Positions 1-12,036 of a DNA stretch of 64,000 nt are shown in pieces; positions within the stretch are counted from its first letter, which is position 1; each line of letters starts with the position of its first letter. Below the pieces are notes generated by a model. It was given only the letters and a program-made list of their open reading frames with translations. It was not told the DNA's origin and searched no databases. Position numbers and translations under genes: made by a program. Source of the stretch: Octopus sinensis (Eukaryota); the NCBI RefSeq assembly GCF_006345805.1, contig NC_043004.1:30628001-30692000 (forward strand), written 5' to 3'.

Positions 1-126
1 TCGTTGGAGTGAATACAATTTCAGCTTCTCTAGTCTACCCCAGTAGTCAAGGTCTGACATGCCATCTATCTTTTTTGTGATTGACCTTATATATGTGTGT
101 ATATATATGTGTGTATATAAGTGTAT

Positions 127-425
127 ATCATCATCATCATCGTTCAATGTCCGCTTTCCATGCTAGCATGGGTTGGACGATTTGACTGAAGTCTGGCGAA
201 CCAGATGCCCTTCCTAATGCCAACTACTCTGAGAGTGTAGAGAGTGTAGTGGATGCTTTTACGTGTGACCGGCATGGAGGCCAGCTTGTTGCTCTGGCAA
301 CGATCGCGCTTGTATGGTACTCTTAGTGCTCCACTAGCACAGATGCCAGTCATCGAATTTGATTTCGATTTCACTTGCTTCAACAGGTCTTCACAAGCAG
401 AGTTTAGTGTCCAATGGGGCTGGTT
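127..425 (-). mobile_element. RTE-type LINE 3' UTR/tail fragment (or RTE-tailed SINE)
   Basis: (CAT)n tail followed by the reverse complement of the ...aacccatgctagcatggaaagcggac... terminus, which also ends the RTE copy at 4612-5771. Confidence 0.7.
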
Positions 426-444
426 ACATATGCTCAGCAGATGA

Positions 445-1087
445 TCAGAAATAAGGTAAAGGATGACTCATCTGAGAAAATATCATTCTTCCACTGCTCT
501 AGGGACCAATTCTGTAGGCTTTTATTCCACACTTAAAGCTTTGCAACAGTTGTTTTTTAAAGTAGTGGTTTTCTGATTGCAGCCCTCTGGTTATGTGTAG
601 CTTCTGGCGAACAGTTTTTGTAGAAATTGGGTTCTTGAGGTGTCATTAAGCTCTGCAGTAATTTGGGAGCTCTACTTTTGTGATCCTTTCTAACAATTTG
701 AGTAAGAGTCCAACAGCACCCATCTGAAAGTTTTTGGTTTTCTTCCGGAGTTTTGTTTTGTCAAGGAGGTTTTTTCCCTCTTTCTCAAAGGCTGTCATTA
801 CTTTCGAGACAGTACTTCTTGATACACCAAACAATTCGGCTGTTTTCATTATTCTATTGCCTGCCATATGAGCACTAACAATTTGACCTCTTTGAAAGTT
901 TGATAGATCTGTCATTTTAATGAATTTTAATTACCGTCTTCTGATGATATCCCAAGAGAAACAGCATTTTTAGCAACACTAATTATAAATAAAAAAAAAC
1001 ATAAAAATAAACAAGCTTTTGATGGATTTATAGATATTTAAAAATTATGATGCTATGATGCTAGGTGTTTCCATTATTTTGTCCAAC
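445..1087 (-). mobile_element. Tc1-like DNA transposon, 5' half, degenerate
   Basis: ORF 646-915 has a Tc1 paired-like HTH (MTDLSNFQRGQIV...AELFGVSRSTVSKV); frameshifted continuation to an FSDES-like motif near 470; TIR-like ggtgtttccattattttgtccaac at 1064-1087. Confidence 0.8.
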
Positions 1088-1159
1088 ATACATATTTTGT
1101 CCTGTTCATACATACATAAAAGACTATCCTAAAATAAACTTAGAAAATCCCTCTGTTAT

Positions 1160-1560
1160 GGAATTCGTTCATAAACACCAACTCAAGAAATACTGGTGAA
1201 TATTCCCATCAAAACTTCTGTCAAATGTAAACATAATAGGCCGGATATAGTTGTTTGGGACAGAAGGACTAAAGTATGTACCATCATTTTGGTCAGCTGC
1301 CATGAAGATATAAATATCTCTTTGAAAGTCAAAGAAAAAGAGAATATCTATGGATAACTTCCTCAAAACATCCAGCTTCTATATCCAGACTACGAATTCA
1401 TATTCATACCAATAATAATTGGAACACTAGGTTTTGTTAGCAAATGCTTAAAGGAGAATCAAGTTCCAAATGTGAATTTGTCAGTGTTAAACTATGTCCC
1501 AAAGATGGAGCCTTGTATCTTTGTTGGAAACCAGTTACCTCTTCAATGGAAGATTCATAA
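1160..1560 (+). mobile_element. Non-LTR retrotransposon fragment, restriction-like endonuclease (RLE) domain
   Basis: Plus-strand translation NIPIKTSVKCKHNRPDIVVWDRRTKVCTII...FIPIIIGTLG with an in-frame stop; RPD motif of RLE-clade elements. Confidence 0.75.
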
Positions 1561-1585
1561 TAGTTAAAGAATAGAGGAGACATAA

Positions 1586-1594
1586 ATGCATATA

Positions 1595-1628
<34 letters not shown>

Positions 1629-1657
1629 CATACATACAAACATACATACATACATAT

Positions 1658-1688
<31 letters not shown>

Positions 1689-1826
1689 CATACATACAAA
1701 CATACATACATACATATATACATACATACATACATACACACACACATACATACATACATACATACATACACACACACATACATACATACATACATACATA
1801 CATACATACACATACATACATACATG
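1586..1826. repeat. (TACA)n/(TA)n compound microsatellite, representative of dozens in the window
   Basis: Direct inspection; explains the MYVC/YIHT-type ORFs. Confidence 0.98.
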
Positions 1827-1950
1827 TGAGCAGGCATGTCTCTGTGGTAAGTAGCTTGCTTCCCAACCACATGATTTCAGGTTCAGTCCAACTAAGTGGC
1901 AACCATGCCAGCAAGGACAATGGACTTTAAATGACGATGATGATGATGAT
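1826..1950 (+). mobile_element. Short chimeric SINE: tRNA-derived head joined to an RTE-type (GAT)n tail
   Basis: Head resembles the SINE at 30809; ends catgccagcaaggacaatggactttaaatgacgatgatgat like the RTE tails. Confidence 0.55.
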
Positions 1951-2384
1951 ATATATATATAAAACAATTACAAAGAATATGGAATAATTATGCTATATGA
2001 TTAACTGTTAAAATTTAAAGAAAAATTTTAAGATGTACCAATCTCTGTATTTTTGTAATTGTTCTGGATTTACAGATATTCGAAATCCTGTGAAGCAAAC
2101 CTGGATTTACACTTCAGAAGAATTACAGAGGGATTGCACACCTTAAGTGATCTTTGATGCTTTTTACCTCTTGATGCAGTTAGCCAGAACCTGGACTATA
2201 CGTGGATAAATTATTCCTGTATACTCATAGTATTATATATATATTAGAGAAAAACCACTATTATGCAATTCAAACAATGGTAGACATAAACCAAATGATA
2301 AATAAAAAATAAAATATATTTTAAAACATATAACTAGATCACATAAAGTACAAAAATGAATAAACAATAAATAATAAGTAAAGA

Positions 2385-2486
2385 GACTACGTATGTTTCA
2401 GGGCTATAATTTAAATTCGAATTACACTTAAATTTAAATTTAATCGAAAAACAATTCAATTTAAAATTATAGTCACTCCTCAGGTC
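2385..2486 (-). ncRNA. Type I hammerhead ribozyme motif H1 (predicted)
   Basis: Minus strand: gac-CUGAGGA-G-UGACUAUAAUUU...AAAUUAUAGCCC-U-GAAA-CAUACG-UA-guc; stem I only 3 bp. Confidence 0.5.
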
Positions 2487-2525
2487 AACAATAATGACAA
2501 TAACAGTTAAATAAATAAGTAAATA

Positions 2526-3750
2526 TTAGGTTGTCCCAAAAGTTCGTAAACACTTGCAAAAATAGAATTTTTCCTCGCCAAGTACTAACAAAAACAACAA
2601 AAATTATTCCTCAAAATAAAGACCATTATTTTCCAAGACTTTCTGCCATCGATCTGCAAGCTGTCGAATCAGGTAAAAGTACCATTCAGCCGGCTTCGAA
2701 TCAAAGAATATATGACACGCTTCCTCGACTTCATTAAACGAGTCAAATCGGCGGCCCTTAAGAAAGTGTTGCATTGAGCGGAAAAGGCCGTAATCTGATG
2801 GAGCACAGTCAGGACTGTAGGCTGGATGTGGCAGAACCTCAACGCCGGCCATCTCTTCAAACTTGTCTTTGGTCTTCCTGGCGGTGTGTGGCTTGGCATT
2901 GTCCTGCTGCATCAAAGCGCGCTTTCGGTTGATCAGAGCCGGGTACTTTTGCTTCAACATTTCGTAGACCCGCTCCAGTTGCTGACAGTAAAGATCGGCA
3001 CTGATGGCACGACCACTCGGAACCAACTCAAAATGCACGATTCCTTCAAAGTTCCACCAAACGCACAACATGACTTTCTTGCCGAATCGATCTTGTTTTG
3101 GAACCGAGGGTGTCTCTTGCCCTTTCTGAACCCATCGCTTGTCTCGATTGTGCTGGAGCAGATAGACCCATTTCTCATCCGAAGTCACAATGCGCTTCCA
3201 AAAGCAGTCATCCAATGGATTGCTGAGCAATTGACGGCAAATTTCAACTCGTCTGTTGGCTTGTGCTTCGGTGAGTTCGTGTGGATCTTGGCGCGGCTTT
3301 TTGTGAACAAAATCAAGTTGCCTCAAGTGTCTGTGAATTGTTGATTTGCCAACTCCAAGCTCATCAGCCAATTCTCGAGTACTCGATGAAGGCGCAATGT
3401 TCAACCCGGTTTGTAAGTGTCCATCATCTAACCTTAACGGCTGTCCCGAACGAGGAGGCTTATCTTCAAGAGTCATGTCGCCAGAATCTAAACGCTTGTA
3501 CCACTTTGAGATCGCCGCATATGCAATTGTTCCTTCACCTTCGGCAGCACAAATCTCTTCTGCAGCTTTTCTGGTTGAAAGACCTCGCTTCCAGCAGTAA
3601 CGAATCAAAACTCGCAGGTCAATTTTATTCATGGGCATCTGGAATATAAAGATGAAGGTAACTATAACAATATAAACCCAAACAAACAATTAAAAATTGC
3701 ATAAAAATTCAAATTTTCACAAGTGTTTACAAACTTTTGGGACAACCTTA
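2526..3750 (-). mobile_element. Full-length mariner transposon (1225 bp)
   Basis: TIRs ttaggttgtcccaaaagttcgtaaacacttg / caagtgtttacaaacttttgggacaacctta (2 mismatches in 31); TA duplication at 2524-2525 and 3751-3752. Confidence 0.95.
2604..3638 (-). CDS. Mariner transposase, 344 aa from the first ATG, uninterrupted
   Basis: N-terminal HTH; QDPHEL in place of WVPHEL; SDEKW, QQDNAKPH and YSPDCAPSDY catalytic motifs. Confidence 0.92.
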   Translation of the reverse strand: MPMNKIDLRVLIRYCWKRGLSTRKAAEEICAAEGEGTIAYAAISKWYKRLDSGDMTLEDKPPRSGQPLRLDDGHLQTGLNIAPSSSTRELADELGVGKSTIHRHLRQLDFVHKKPRQDPHELTEAQANRRVEICRQLLSNPLDDCFWKRIVTSDEKWVYLLQHNRDKRWVQKGQETPSVPKQDRFGKKVMLCVWWNFEGIVHFELVPSGRAISADLYCQQLERVYEMLKQKYPALINRKRALMQQDNAKPHTARKTKDKFEEMAGVEVLPHPAYSPDCAPSDYGLFRSMQHFLKGRRFDSFNEVEEACHIFFDSKPAEWYFYLIRQLADRWQKVLENNGLYFEE

Positions 3751-4502
3751 TAGAATAAACAATATTCCTTAAAGAAATAAAATCTTGATTCTTCTTATAG
3801 AAGAAACTCCATTAACTAAATTTGAAACATTAGGACCAGGTGCCTATAATATATTTATCATGTTAAATAGTTAAGGTAAAAATTAGAGTAAATAGATAGA
3901 AAAATGTATTTATCTGTCAAGAAATAATTTAGCTTCAAGAAAAAAACATTAATAAACTACAGAATATCTTTACACTAGCTATACTCTAATATTTTAATTC
4001 ACAAACTATTTTACAAAATAATCACACTTAATATTTTTAGATTTTTGTTATAAAATAATAAAATTATAAAATTATATAAAAGTACATATCTAAATTATAA
4101 TCAACAAATATAGCAATTAGAAATCCATATTTTTCAATCAATAAACATATAAATAAATTACTCCATTATTACTTAAATATTATAGATATCAACCTGAAAA
4201 TATTTATGAAATTATAGTCATGAAACATACGTAATCTTTTTACTTATTATATATTGTTTATTCATTTTTGTACTTTTTGTGTTCTAGTTATATGTTTTAA
4301 AATATATTTTATTTTTTATTTATGATTTGGTTTATGTCTATCATTGTTTGAATTGCTTAATAGTGGTTTTTCTCTAATTTATATATATTATATATTTATA
4401 TTGTGAAATTTGATTTAATACTAAATTGAATTTTTTCCTGTAAGTTTGGAGTTATGCTCCCTAATATTAGTATTATACATACATACATACACACACACAC
4501 AC

Positions 4503-4542
<40 letters not shown>

Positions 4543-4611
4543 ATACACACATACATATATACATAATATATATATACATAAATACATACATACATGCACA
4601 CACACACACAT

Positions 4612-5771
4612 ATAGGGTGGATAGCAAGAATAGCCTGGGCAAAGTTCAGAGGTCCTACGTCTGATGGTGGAAAAGGGCCTCTCACTCAGAGTAAAAAGTA
4701 GACCATATAACGCATGTGTAGAAACAGCCATACTACATGGCATTGAAACGGGTCGTGACTGCTGAGGACATGCATAAGCTTGCAAGGAATGAAGTCAGTA
4801 TTCTCCGCTGGGTGTGTAATGTCAGTGTGCATACACGACAGAGTGTAAGCGTCCTGAAAGGAAAGTTGGATTTAAGAAGCATCAGATGTAGTGTGCAAGA
4901 GAGACGACTTTGCTGATATGGTCATGTGTTGTGAATGAATGAGGACAGCTGTGTGAAAAAATGTCATACTCTAGCAGTTAAGGGAACCTGTGGAAGCGGC
5001 AGACCCAGGAAAACCTGGGATGAGGTGGTGAAGCATGACCTTCAAACATTGGGCCTTACTGAGGCAATGACTAGTGACCGAGACCTTTGGAGATTTGCTG
5101 TACTTGAGAAGACCCGACAAGCCAAGTGAGACCATGGCCCATGGCCTATGCCAGTAGGTGTAACCAGCCTCACATCCAAACGTGGGGTGTAACTGGCCCA
5201 TTTATGAGTACACCTCATTCATTGGACAATGAACTTTGCTTGCAAAGACCTATTAAGGCAAGTGAAAACAAATCAGAATCGCTGACGTAGCCAATGACAG
5301 TACCGCCTGATTGGCACTCATGCCAGTGGAACATTAAAAGCACATCCGAGTGTGATTGTTGCCAGGGTCACAGATTAGCTCCCATACCAGTGGCATGTGA
5401 AAAGCAACATTCAAGCGTGATCGTTGCCAGTGTTGCCTTACCAGCGCATGTGCTGGTAGCACATTAAAAACAACATTCTAGCATGGTCGTTGCCAGTGCT
5501 GCCGGACTGACATCTGTGCAGGTAGCATGTAAAAAACACCTTTTGAGCATGGCCATTGCCAGAACAGCCTGACTGGCCCTCGTGCTGGTGTCACATAAAA
5601 GCACCCACTACACTTTCAGCGTGGCTGGCATTAGGAAGGGCATTGAGCTGTAGAAACTTGCCAGATTAGATTGAGCCTGGTGCAGCCTCTGGCTCACCAG
5701 TCCTCAGTCAAACCGTTCAGCCCATGCCTGCATGGAAAGTGGACGTTAAATGATGATGATGATGATGATGA
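4612..5771 (+). mobile_element. RTE-clade LINE, 5'-truncated (ORF C-terminus, 3' UTR, (GAT)n tail)
   Basis: Decayed ...MNEDSCVKKC...GRPRKTWDEVVKHDL...RDLWR C-terminus, stop at 5129, long 3' UTR, (GAT)n at 5751-5771. Confidence 0.88.
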
Positions 5772-5775
5772 TATA

Positions 5776-5845
<70 letters not shown>

Positions 5846-6147
5846 TATATATACACATATATATATATACATGCATATATATACATGCATATATATATAC
5901 ATGCATGTATATATATACACATATATATATATATATATATAAAAGTAAGATCCAAGGATCAAGGTGTAGGAAGATAGTAAGCTTCAACCAGTTCATAGAA
6001 GGAATAAAAGACAGATTAGATTGAGCCTGGTGCAGCCTCTGGCTCACCAGTCCTCAGTCAAACCGTTCAGCCCATGCCTGCATGGAAAGTGGACGTTAAA
6101 TGATGATGATGATGATGATGATATATATATGTATATATATATTATAT

Positions 6148-6189
<42 letters not shown>

Positions 6190-6251
6190 TATATATACAC
6201 ATATATATATATACATGCATATATATACATGCATATATATATACATGCATG

Positions 6252-6297
<46 letters not shown>

Positions 6298-6364
6298 TAA
6301 GATCCAAGGATCAAGGTGTAGGAAGATAGTAAGCTTCAACCAGTTCATAGAAGGAATAAAAGAC
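5662..6364. repeat. Direct tandem duplication of ~350 bp
   Basis: cagattagattgagcc starts at 5662 and 6012; the copies differ essentially only in the (TA)n tract. Confidence 0.95.
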
Positions 6365-6577
6365 AACTTTCAAGAAAAATAGTAGTTTATTGATGTAGAA
6401 GGTTGTAAATTATTCCCACATCTTAGGTTTGATAAGCTGAAAAAATTGTTTTATAGCTTACAGTTAGTCACAGGAGTTACTGTGCATGTGAGTAGAACTC
6501 TAAAATTAGGGAATGGAGTAGCTAAACATATGTAGCCTGGATTTTATCTGCTTCATTCCTTAATTTTGGATATATAT

Positions 6578-6872
6578 GAGCGAGGTCATTGTCAGTGCCG
6601 CTGGACTAGCTCCTGTGCTGGTGGCATGTAAAAAAACACCACTTGAGCATAGCTGTTGCCAGTACCACCTGATTGGCCCTCGTGCCAGTGGCACGTAAAA
6701 GCACCCACTACACTCTTGGAGTGGTTGGCGTTAGGAAGGGCATCCAGCTGTAGAAACTCTGCAGATCAGATTGGAGCCTGGTGTAGCCATCTGGTTCGCC
6801 AGTCCTCAGTCAAATTGTCCAACCCATGCTAGCATGGAAAGCAGACGTTAAACAATGATGATGATGATAATG

Positions 6873-6873
<1 letters not shown>
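6578..6873 (+). mobile_element. RTE-type 3' end fragment
   Basis: Homologous to 5500-5771; (GAT)n tail. Confidence 0.8.
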
Positions 6874-6914
<41 letters not shown>

Positions 6915-7192
6915 ATACACACACACATATAACTTTGTATTTTGTAAATGGTAGTTGTCTACCAGTGTGCTCATAAAAATGCCTATGCTACTTGTTGCTA
7001 GTTACCATATATTACTCCCAACATGCTGAGTTAAGTGTATGAGATTATTATGTATGTGGTACCCCGTGCAGTAGGGAATGAATATATTAATTACTAGAAA
7101 TACTTCATGGATAGAGATTTTATAAAATCTCCAGCCATGAAGTATTTCTCATATCTATATATCTATATCTATCTATCTTATCTATCAATCTA

Positions 7193-7331
<139 letters not shown>

Positions 7332-7333
7332 CA

Positions 7334-7365
<32 letters not shown>

Positions 7366-7404
7366 CATATATACACACACACATATATATATACACACAC
7401 ACAC

Positions 7405-7437
<33 letters not shown>

Positions 7438-8128
7438 TACATACAAGCAAACACACACACACGTAAGTGTGTGTATGTATATATATCATCCAGTGAATCA
7501 TTTTAACGCATATATTGGCTTTAAATAACAATCCCACTTTCTGTAACCTCTGACCCCAAGATCATATTTCATTAGATAGATTTTTCACATTGCCACTTGT
7601 CAAACTAAGGGTTATTCACCCTCTGTAACCACATGGTGTATGATATTGTTAGTTTTTCTGAACATATCTAGAATGGAAATTTCTTGTGAGCTGTTGTATA
7701 CTTTTTGTGGTGTAGGGTAGAGGATAGCTATAAAACAGCCACTTATACTACAGTAAGTAATGTTTGACCAGCAGGCTCTGTGTGTTATGAGTGTGCATGT
7801 GATGTGTGTTTGTATGCGTGTGTCTGTGTGTTTGTGTATAGATGTGTTTGTGTGTTTGTGTATAGATGTGTGTGTGTGTGTATACATACACAAGCATTCA
7901 TACATAGAATTGTGTATACAGACATACATAGACATATGTATACGTACACATACATACATGCATACATTTATGCATACATACATACATATATATGCTTGCA
8001 TTCATACATGCACACATTCATGCACACTTACATACAAAAGTACACACACACACATACACATATTCACACACATATATATACATACATGAATACATATATA
8101 CCTACATATATATATATATAAATACATA

Positions 8129-8192
<64 letters not shown>

Positions 8193-9164
8193 ACCGCTAC
8201 ACAGGCATACATACATACATATATACATATGTTCAATCATACATACACATACATCTTGTATTTACTGATCTCTGTTATCTGCTGCGCTTATGGCTTTCTC
8301 GTTGCTCTTTAAAGCTGGTATCTTTAGTTTGATGACACGTACAAGAATTCTCCTATCGAAATATATAGCATGTCAACATTGTATGCTGAAGGGAACTATA
8401 GTATTTTCCATCTAAGAAGCCACTTTTGCTATTCTGAAGTGATATCTTTGGAATTGCTTATCTCTAGGATAGTATTACCGAAAACGTTTTATCTGACTCT
8501 TGCTTCATTGTGCACTGTTTGCCTTCACAGAACCATCATAAATTTTCATAAGCTAGCAAGTAATATTTTAATCATTCTATCAACCATATCTTTGTTCTTT
8601 TAAGACCTACGAAGCAATTTATCAATATGTACTTTTGAGTACAATGCTTCCCTTTGCAGAATAAAATCTTGTTCTTCTATTATAGAATATTTGCATATCT
8701 TCATGTGGTCTTGATTCAGAACACAATCTGACAACATTAATTTGAGGGTCATACTAATATAGCAAATATCACTAGGTTGTAGTAAACCTCACTGCACCAC
8801 TGTGTTAAGTCATCACTGACACTCAAATTATTATTTCTTCATATTACTATGCAGCTGTTTCATATCTCACTCATCACACTTGACTTTTACTATGAATCTA
8901 AAGTTATCTCTGTTTGTGAACAATCTTACTGTAACAGGTAAACCTTTTGTTACTATTTCTGATAAAATAAACTGGTTTTCTTTTTTTTTTTGTTTCAATT
9001 AATTTTGAAACTAACAAAGAATTTATCAAAATAACTTAGTCATGATTAAGATGGTATTTAGAATATAACTTATTGTAAAATTTTACTGTAAAGTATTTAG
9101 TATGCATTTAGAAGGATGGTAGTACCACAGAACTAGAACAGTCTTAAGCAGGTTGGTATCAAAA

Positions 9165-9370
9165 GGGTCAAATGTAAAGCTTGTTCATTCATATCGCTTT
9201 CAATTAATCCCGCATTAACTTGTAGCTTCAAGATTTTGATGATTTGATTCTTTGTTTTTAGAATGACATTGTAGAGTATGTGTGAGAGGCTGGATCTGGC
9301 CCAGTTTCAACATAAAACCAGATTGAATATTTGGGCCAGATATAGCCAGTTTAAATGCTAAAGGATTAAA
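9165..9370. mobile_element. piggyBac-like MITE, partial copy
   Basis: Homologous to 24552-24779; ends aatgctaaaggattaa (TTAA). Confidence 0.6.
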
Positions 9371-9563
9371 GCTATGAGAACATAGCACAGGTGCATTCTA
9401 CCACAGTCAAGGGTCAGATGAACCTGACCCCTTTGGAATCAGCAACTGTGTTGAAGTGTATTGGGAAACCATTTTTATTTGGAACGTTATATATTCATAC
9501 ATATAAATATACATACAGATATTCACACACAAACATACATACATACATATATATACACACACA

Positions 9564-10433
9564 TAGAGGGTGAGATGGGTAAATTGTCACCATTTTATAA
9601 TTATTATTTTTTCTATGTGAATTGTTTGATTTAGTATAGTAGGATCAGTTGGGCACCGTTTGTGAGAAAAACAACACCATGATGCAATTCACTCTGCCAG
9701 AAATTTGGAAACGACATGCTGTACTGCTTAGCATTCATGCCAGAAGCTCCAATACGAACATTTCAGAGTGTTTGGGTGTCAATCTGAGGACAGTGCAACC
9801 TGAAGACATGTACCGAGAGTGATAAAAATCAAACATCCAGTCAACATCATGGTGTTCGGAGTGATCACTACTGATGGCGATGGTATGCCTCCATTCACCT
9901 TCCCACACAGCCTCAGACTCAACACAGAGGCCTACATCAAATGCCTGGAGGAGGTAGTGCTGCCCTGGGTCAAAAGGGGTGGCTGCTGAAAGACCCTATG
10001 TCTGGCGACAGGACTCTGCACCTTGCCACACAAGCAGAACCCAGTCATAGCTGTCAGACAATTTCTGCAACTCATCCCCCCTAACATCAGGCCACCTAAC
10101 TCCCCAGACTGCAATCTCCTTGATTATAATGTCTGAGGTGCATTTGAGTGAGAGACCAACAAAACTCCTTGTAACACCAAAGATAAACTGAAGGCAAGGA
10201 TTATGGCAGCATTGACCAGCTTAAACAAGGAGTCTGTCCAGAAGTGTTACAGGAGATTCTAAAGTTGTCTGGAGGCCGTGGTTGAAGCCAATAGTGATTT
10301 TATTGAATAAATTTCCTCTTTAGTATTTCAAGATATTTTTCTGTAATGTTGGTAAATATATGTTAAAATGAGATGTCAGTGTTATTTTCATTTTTGCATA
10401 ATATAGATGACAATTTATTCACTGCACATTGTA
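9564..10433 (+). mobile_element. maT/DD37D-like transposon, internally deleted and frameshifted
   Basis: Remnant HPVNIMVFGVIT...YIKCLEEVVLPWV...QDSAPCH...PNSPDCN; imperfect TIRs gggtgagatgggtaaattgtcacc / gatgacaatttattcactgcac. Confidence 0.75.
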
Positions 10434-11139
10434 TGCAAGTTAAAGTTGAGATTTAAATTTAAAATTTAAACTGCATTTTGGGTATGTCTCTAGTAGTATG
10501 CCAGCAAAGCACATTCACTGCTTATGGCTACCTGGTGTAATCCACAGTAATTGCACAATCGTTGCTGGATCTACATTAGGAATTCCTCAGTGCATGTTGT
10601 GTATAGTAGAAACAATTGATACGGAAGATAGAGTATATTGGAAACTTTATCTATCACAACAATGAATAAAGTTTCCAGTATACGCTATCTTCCATATCAA
10701 TTGTTTCTACCATATATATATATATATATATATGTATATACAGACATTTTTAAGCACACCTTCATACATACTTACACATGCACACATACACACACACACA
10801 TATATACATATGCAAACATATTCACAACAAAGCAAAAGCAAAATCATGCATGCCACCACCGCCACCACTACCGTACATAAACACAACCATACATGCACTC
10901 ACGCACATAAACATATACACACCAATGCACACACATGACAGCACACACTCGCACACATACAAAAGTTGTTACTCTGCCAAAATACAACCAGGTTTTATAT
11001 TATGGGAACATTAAGATTTCCTTTGTATGGTGGGGTCATATGTTGATCTTACAGATAAACAGCATCATTGGCACCACCAAATTACCATGGGTATGGTTTA
11101 GCGCTAAGTACAAGGGTCAGCTGAAAAGTTCATATGATA

Positions 11140-11830
11140 CTCTCATAGAGCATGACCAAATGAGGTTTATTTCCCAACATAGTCCTCCTTGCAGTCCATG
11201 CATTTCTTCCATCTGTGTTGCAGTGCTTGGATGCCATCAGTGTATAAGCGTTCACCCTGCTGATCAAAAATGTCATCAACAACAGATATGACATCATCAT
11301 CACTGCAATACTGATTCCTAGCCAAAACAAGAGAATAAAGAGGGTGATCAACCAGATCAAAGCCACGGTCATTGCACAGTAACCACTGAAATAAAGGACT
11401 TGTGTGCTGGAGCATTTTCCTGATGAAACATGTCTCCTTTTGACAGTTTCCCTAGGCATTTGGTCTTGATAGTCTTTTGTAACTGCTTCAGCAGGTAGAC
11501 AAAGTACTTACCATTGATGGTGTGGTCCTTTGGAAGATAGTCAATAAACACAACACTGAGTCCATCACCTTATCTACAGATGAAACAACCTTCTTTGGAG
11601 CAGGTGAGGAGAGGTATTTGTACTGCATAGATTGACTCTTTGTCTCTGGTTCAAATCCCCAAATGTAGCAACCATGACACCATGAATGTCATTAGGGGTT
11701 AAATGTATTTGATAACATCACCATTACAAATTTTCTCCTTTTTCAAGAGAACCCACTACCTGTCACTTTTGAAGAAAGTGTTCTTTGAACAGTCAGATGT
11801 CAATTGAAATTAATGCATGCAAGTCTTTAC
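11140..11830 (-). mobile_element. Decayed mariner (irritans-like) fragment
   Basis: ORFs FIDYLPKDHTINGKY...FHQENAPAH and GFDLVDHP...GIQALQHRWKKC; the YSPDLAP region is deleted. Confidence 0.8.
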
Positions 11831-12036
11831 ATCTCTAGCATCACTCCTTCATAGTCAGCCTACGAACCTTTCAGCTCACCCTTGTTGGTTATCTAGCAAG
11901 TCTATGACAAAGGTATGCTAGCCATGACTATCCACTTATTTTACTCTAAGTATGTGTATATGTATGTGTGCATGCATGTTTACTGTCTTTGTGCATGTGT
12001 GTGTATGTTCAATACTCTTGTATATGTTTATGTAGG

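Larger units (their letters stand above)
2243..4380. mobile_element. Non-autonomous Penelope-like element with ~170-bp inverted ends, hosting the mariner
   Basis: 2243-2412 is the reverse complement of ~4209-4380 at high identity; flanked by TA-rich tracts; carries an HHR motif. Confidence 0.55.

Noticed and set aside
1437-1967. Long ORFs rich in MYVC/YIHT/IYIY repeats (here and at ~7.2, 28.2, 30.6, 33.9-34.9, 51.4, 54.8 and 56.3 kb)
   Set aside because: Translations of (TA)n, (CA)n and (TACA)n microsatellites
2826-3649. Plus-strand ORFs of 172, 122 and 84 aa
   Set aside because: Antisense shadows of the mariner transposase
5318-5610. Regularly spaced repeats resembling a CRISPR array (also the 46.7-47.2 kb multimer)
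   Set aside because: Eukaryotic context; the units are retroelement modules without unique spacers or cas genes
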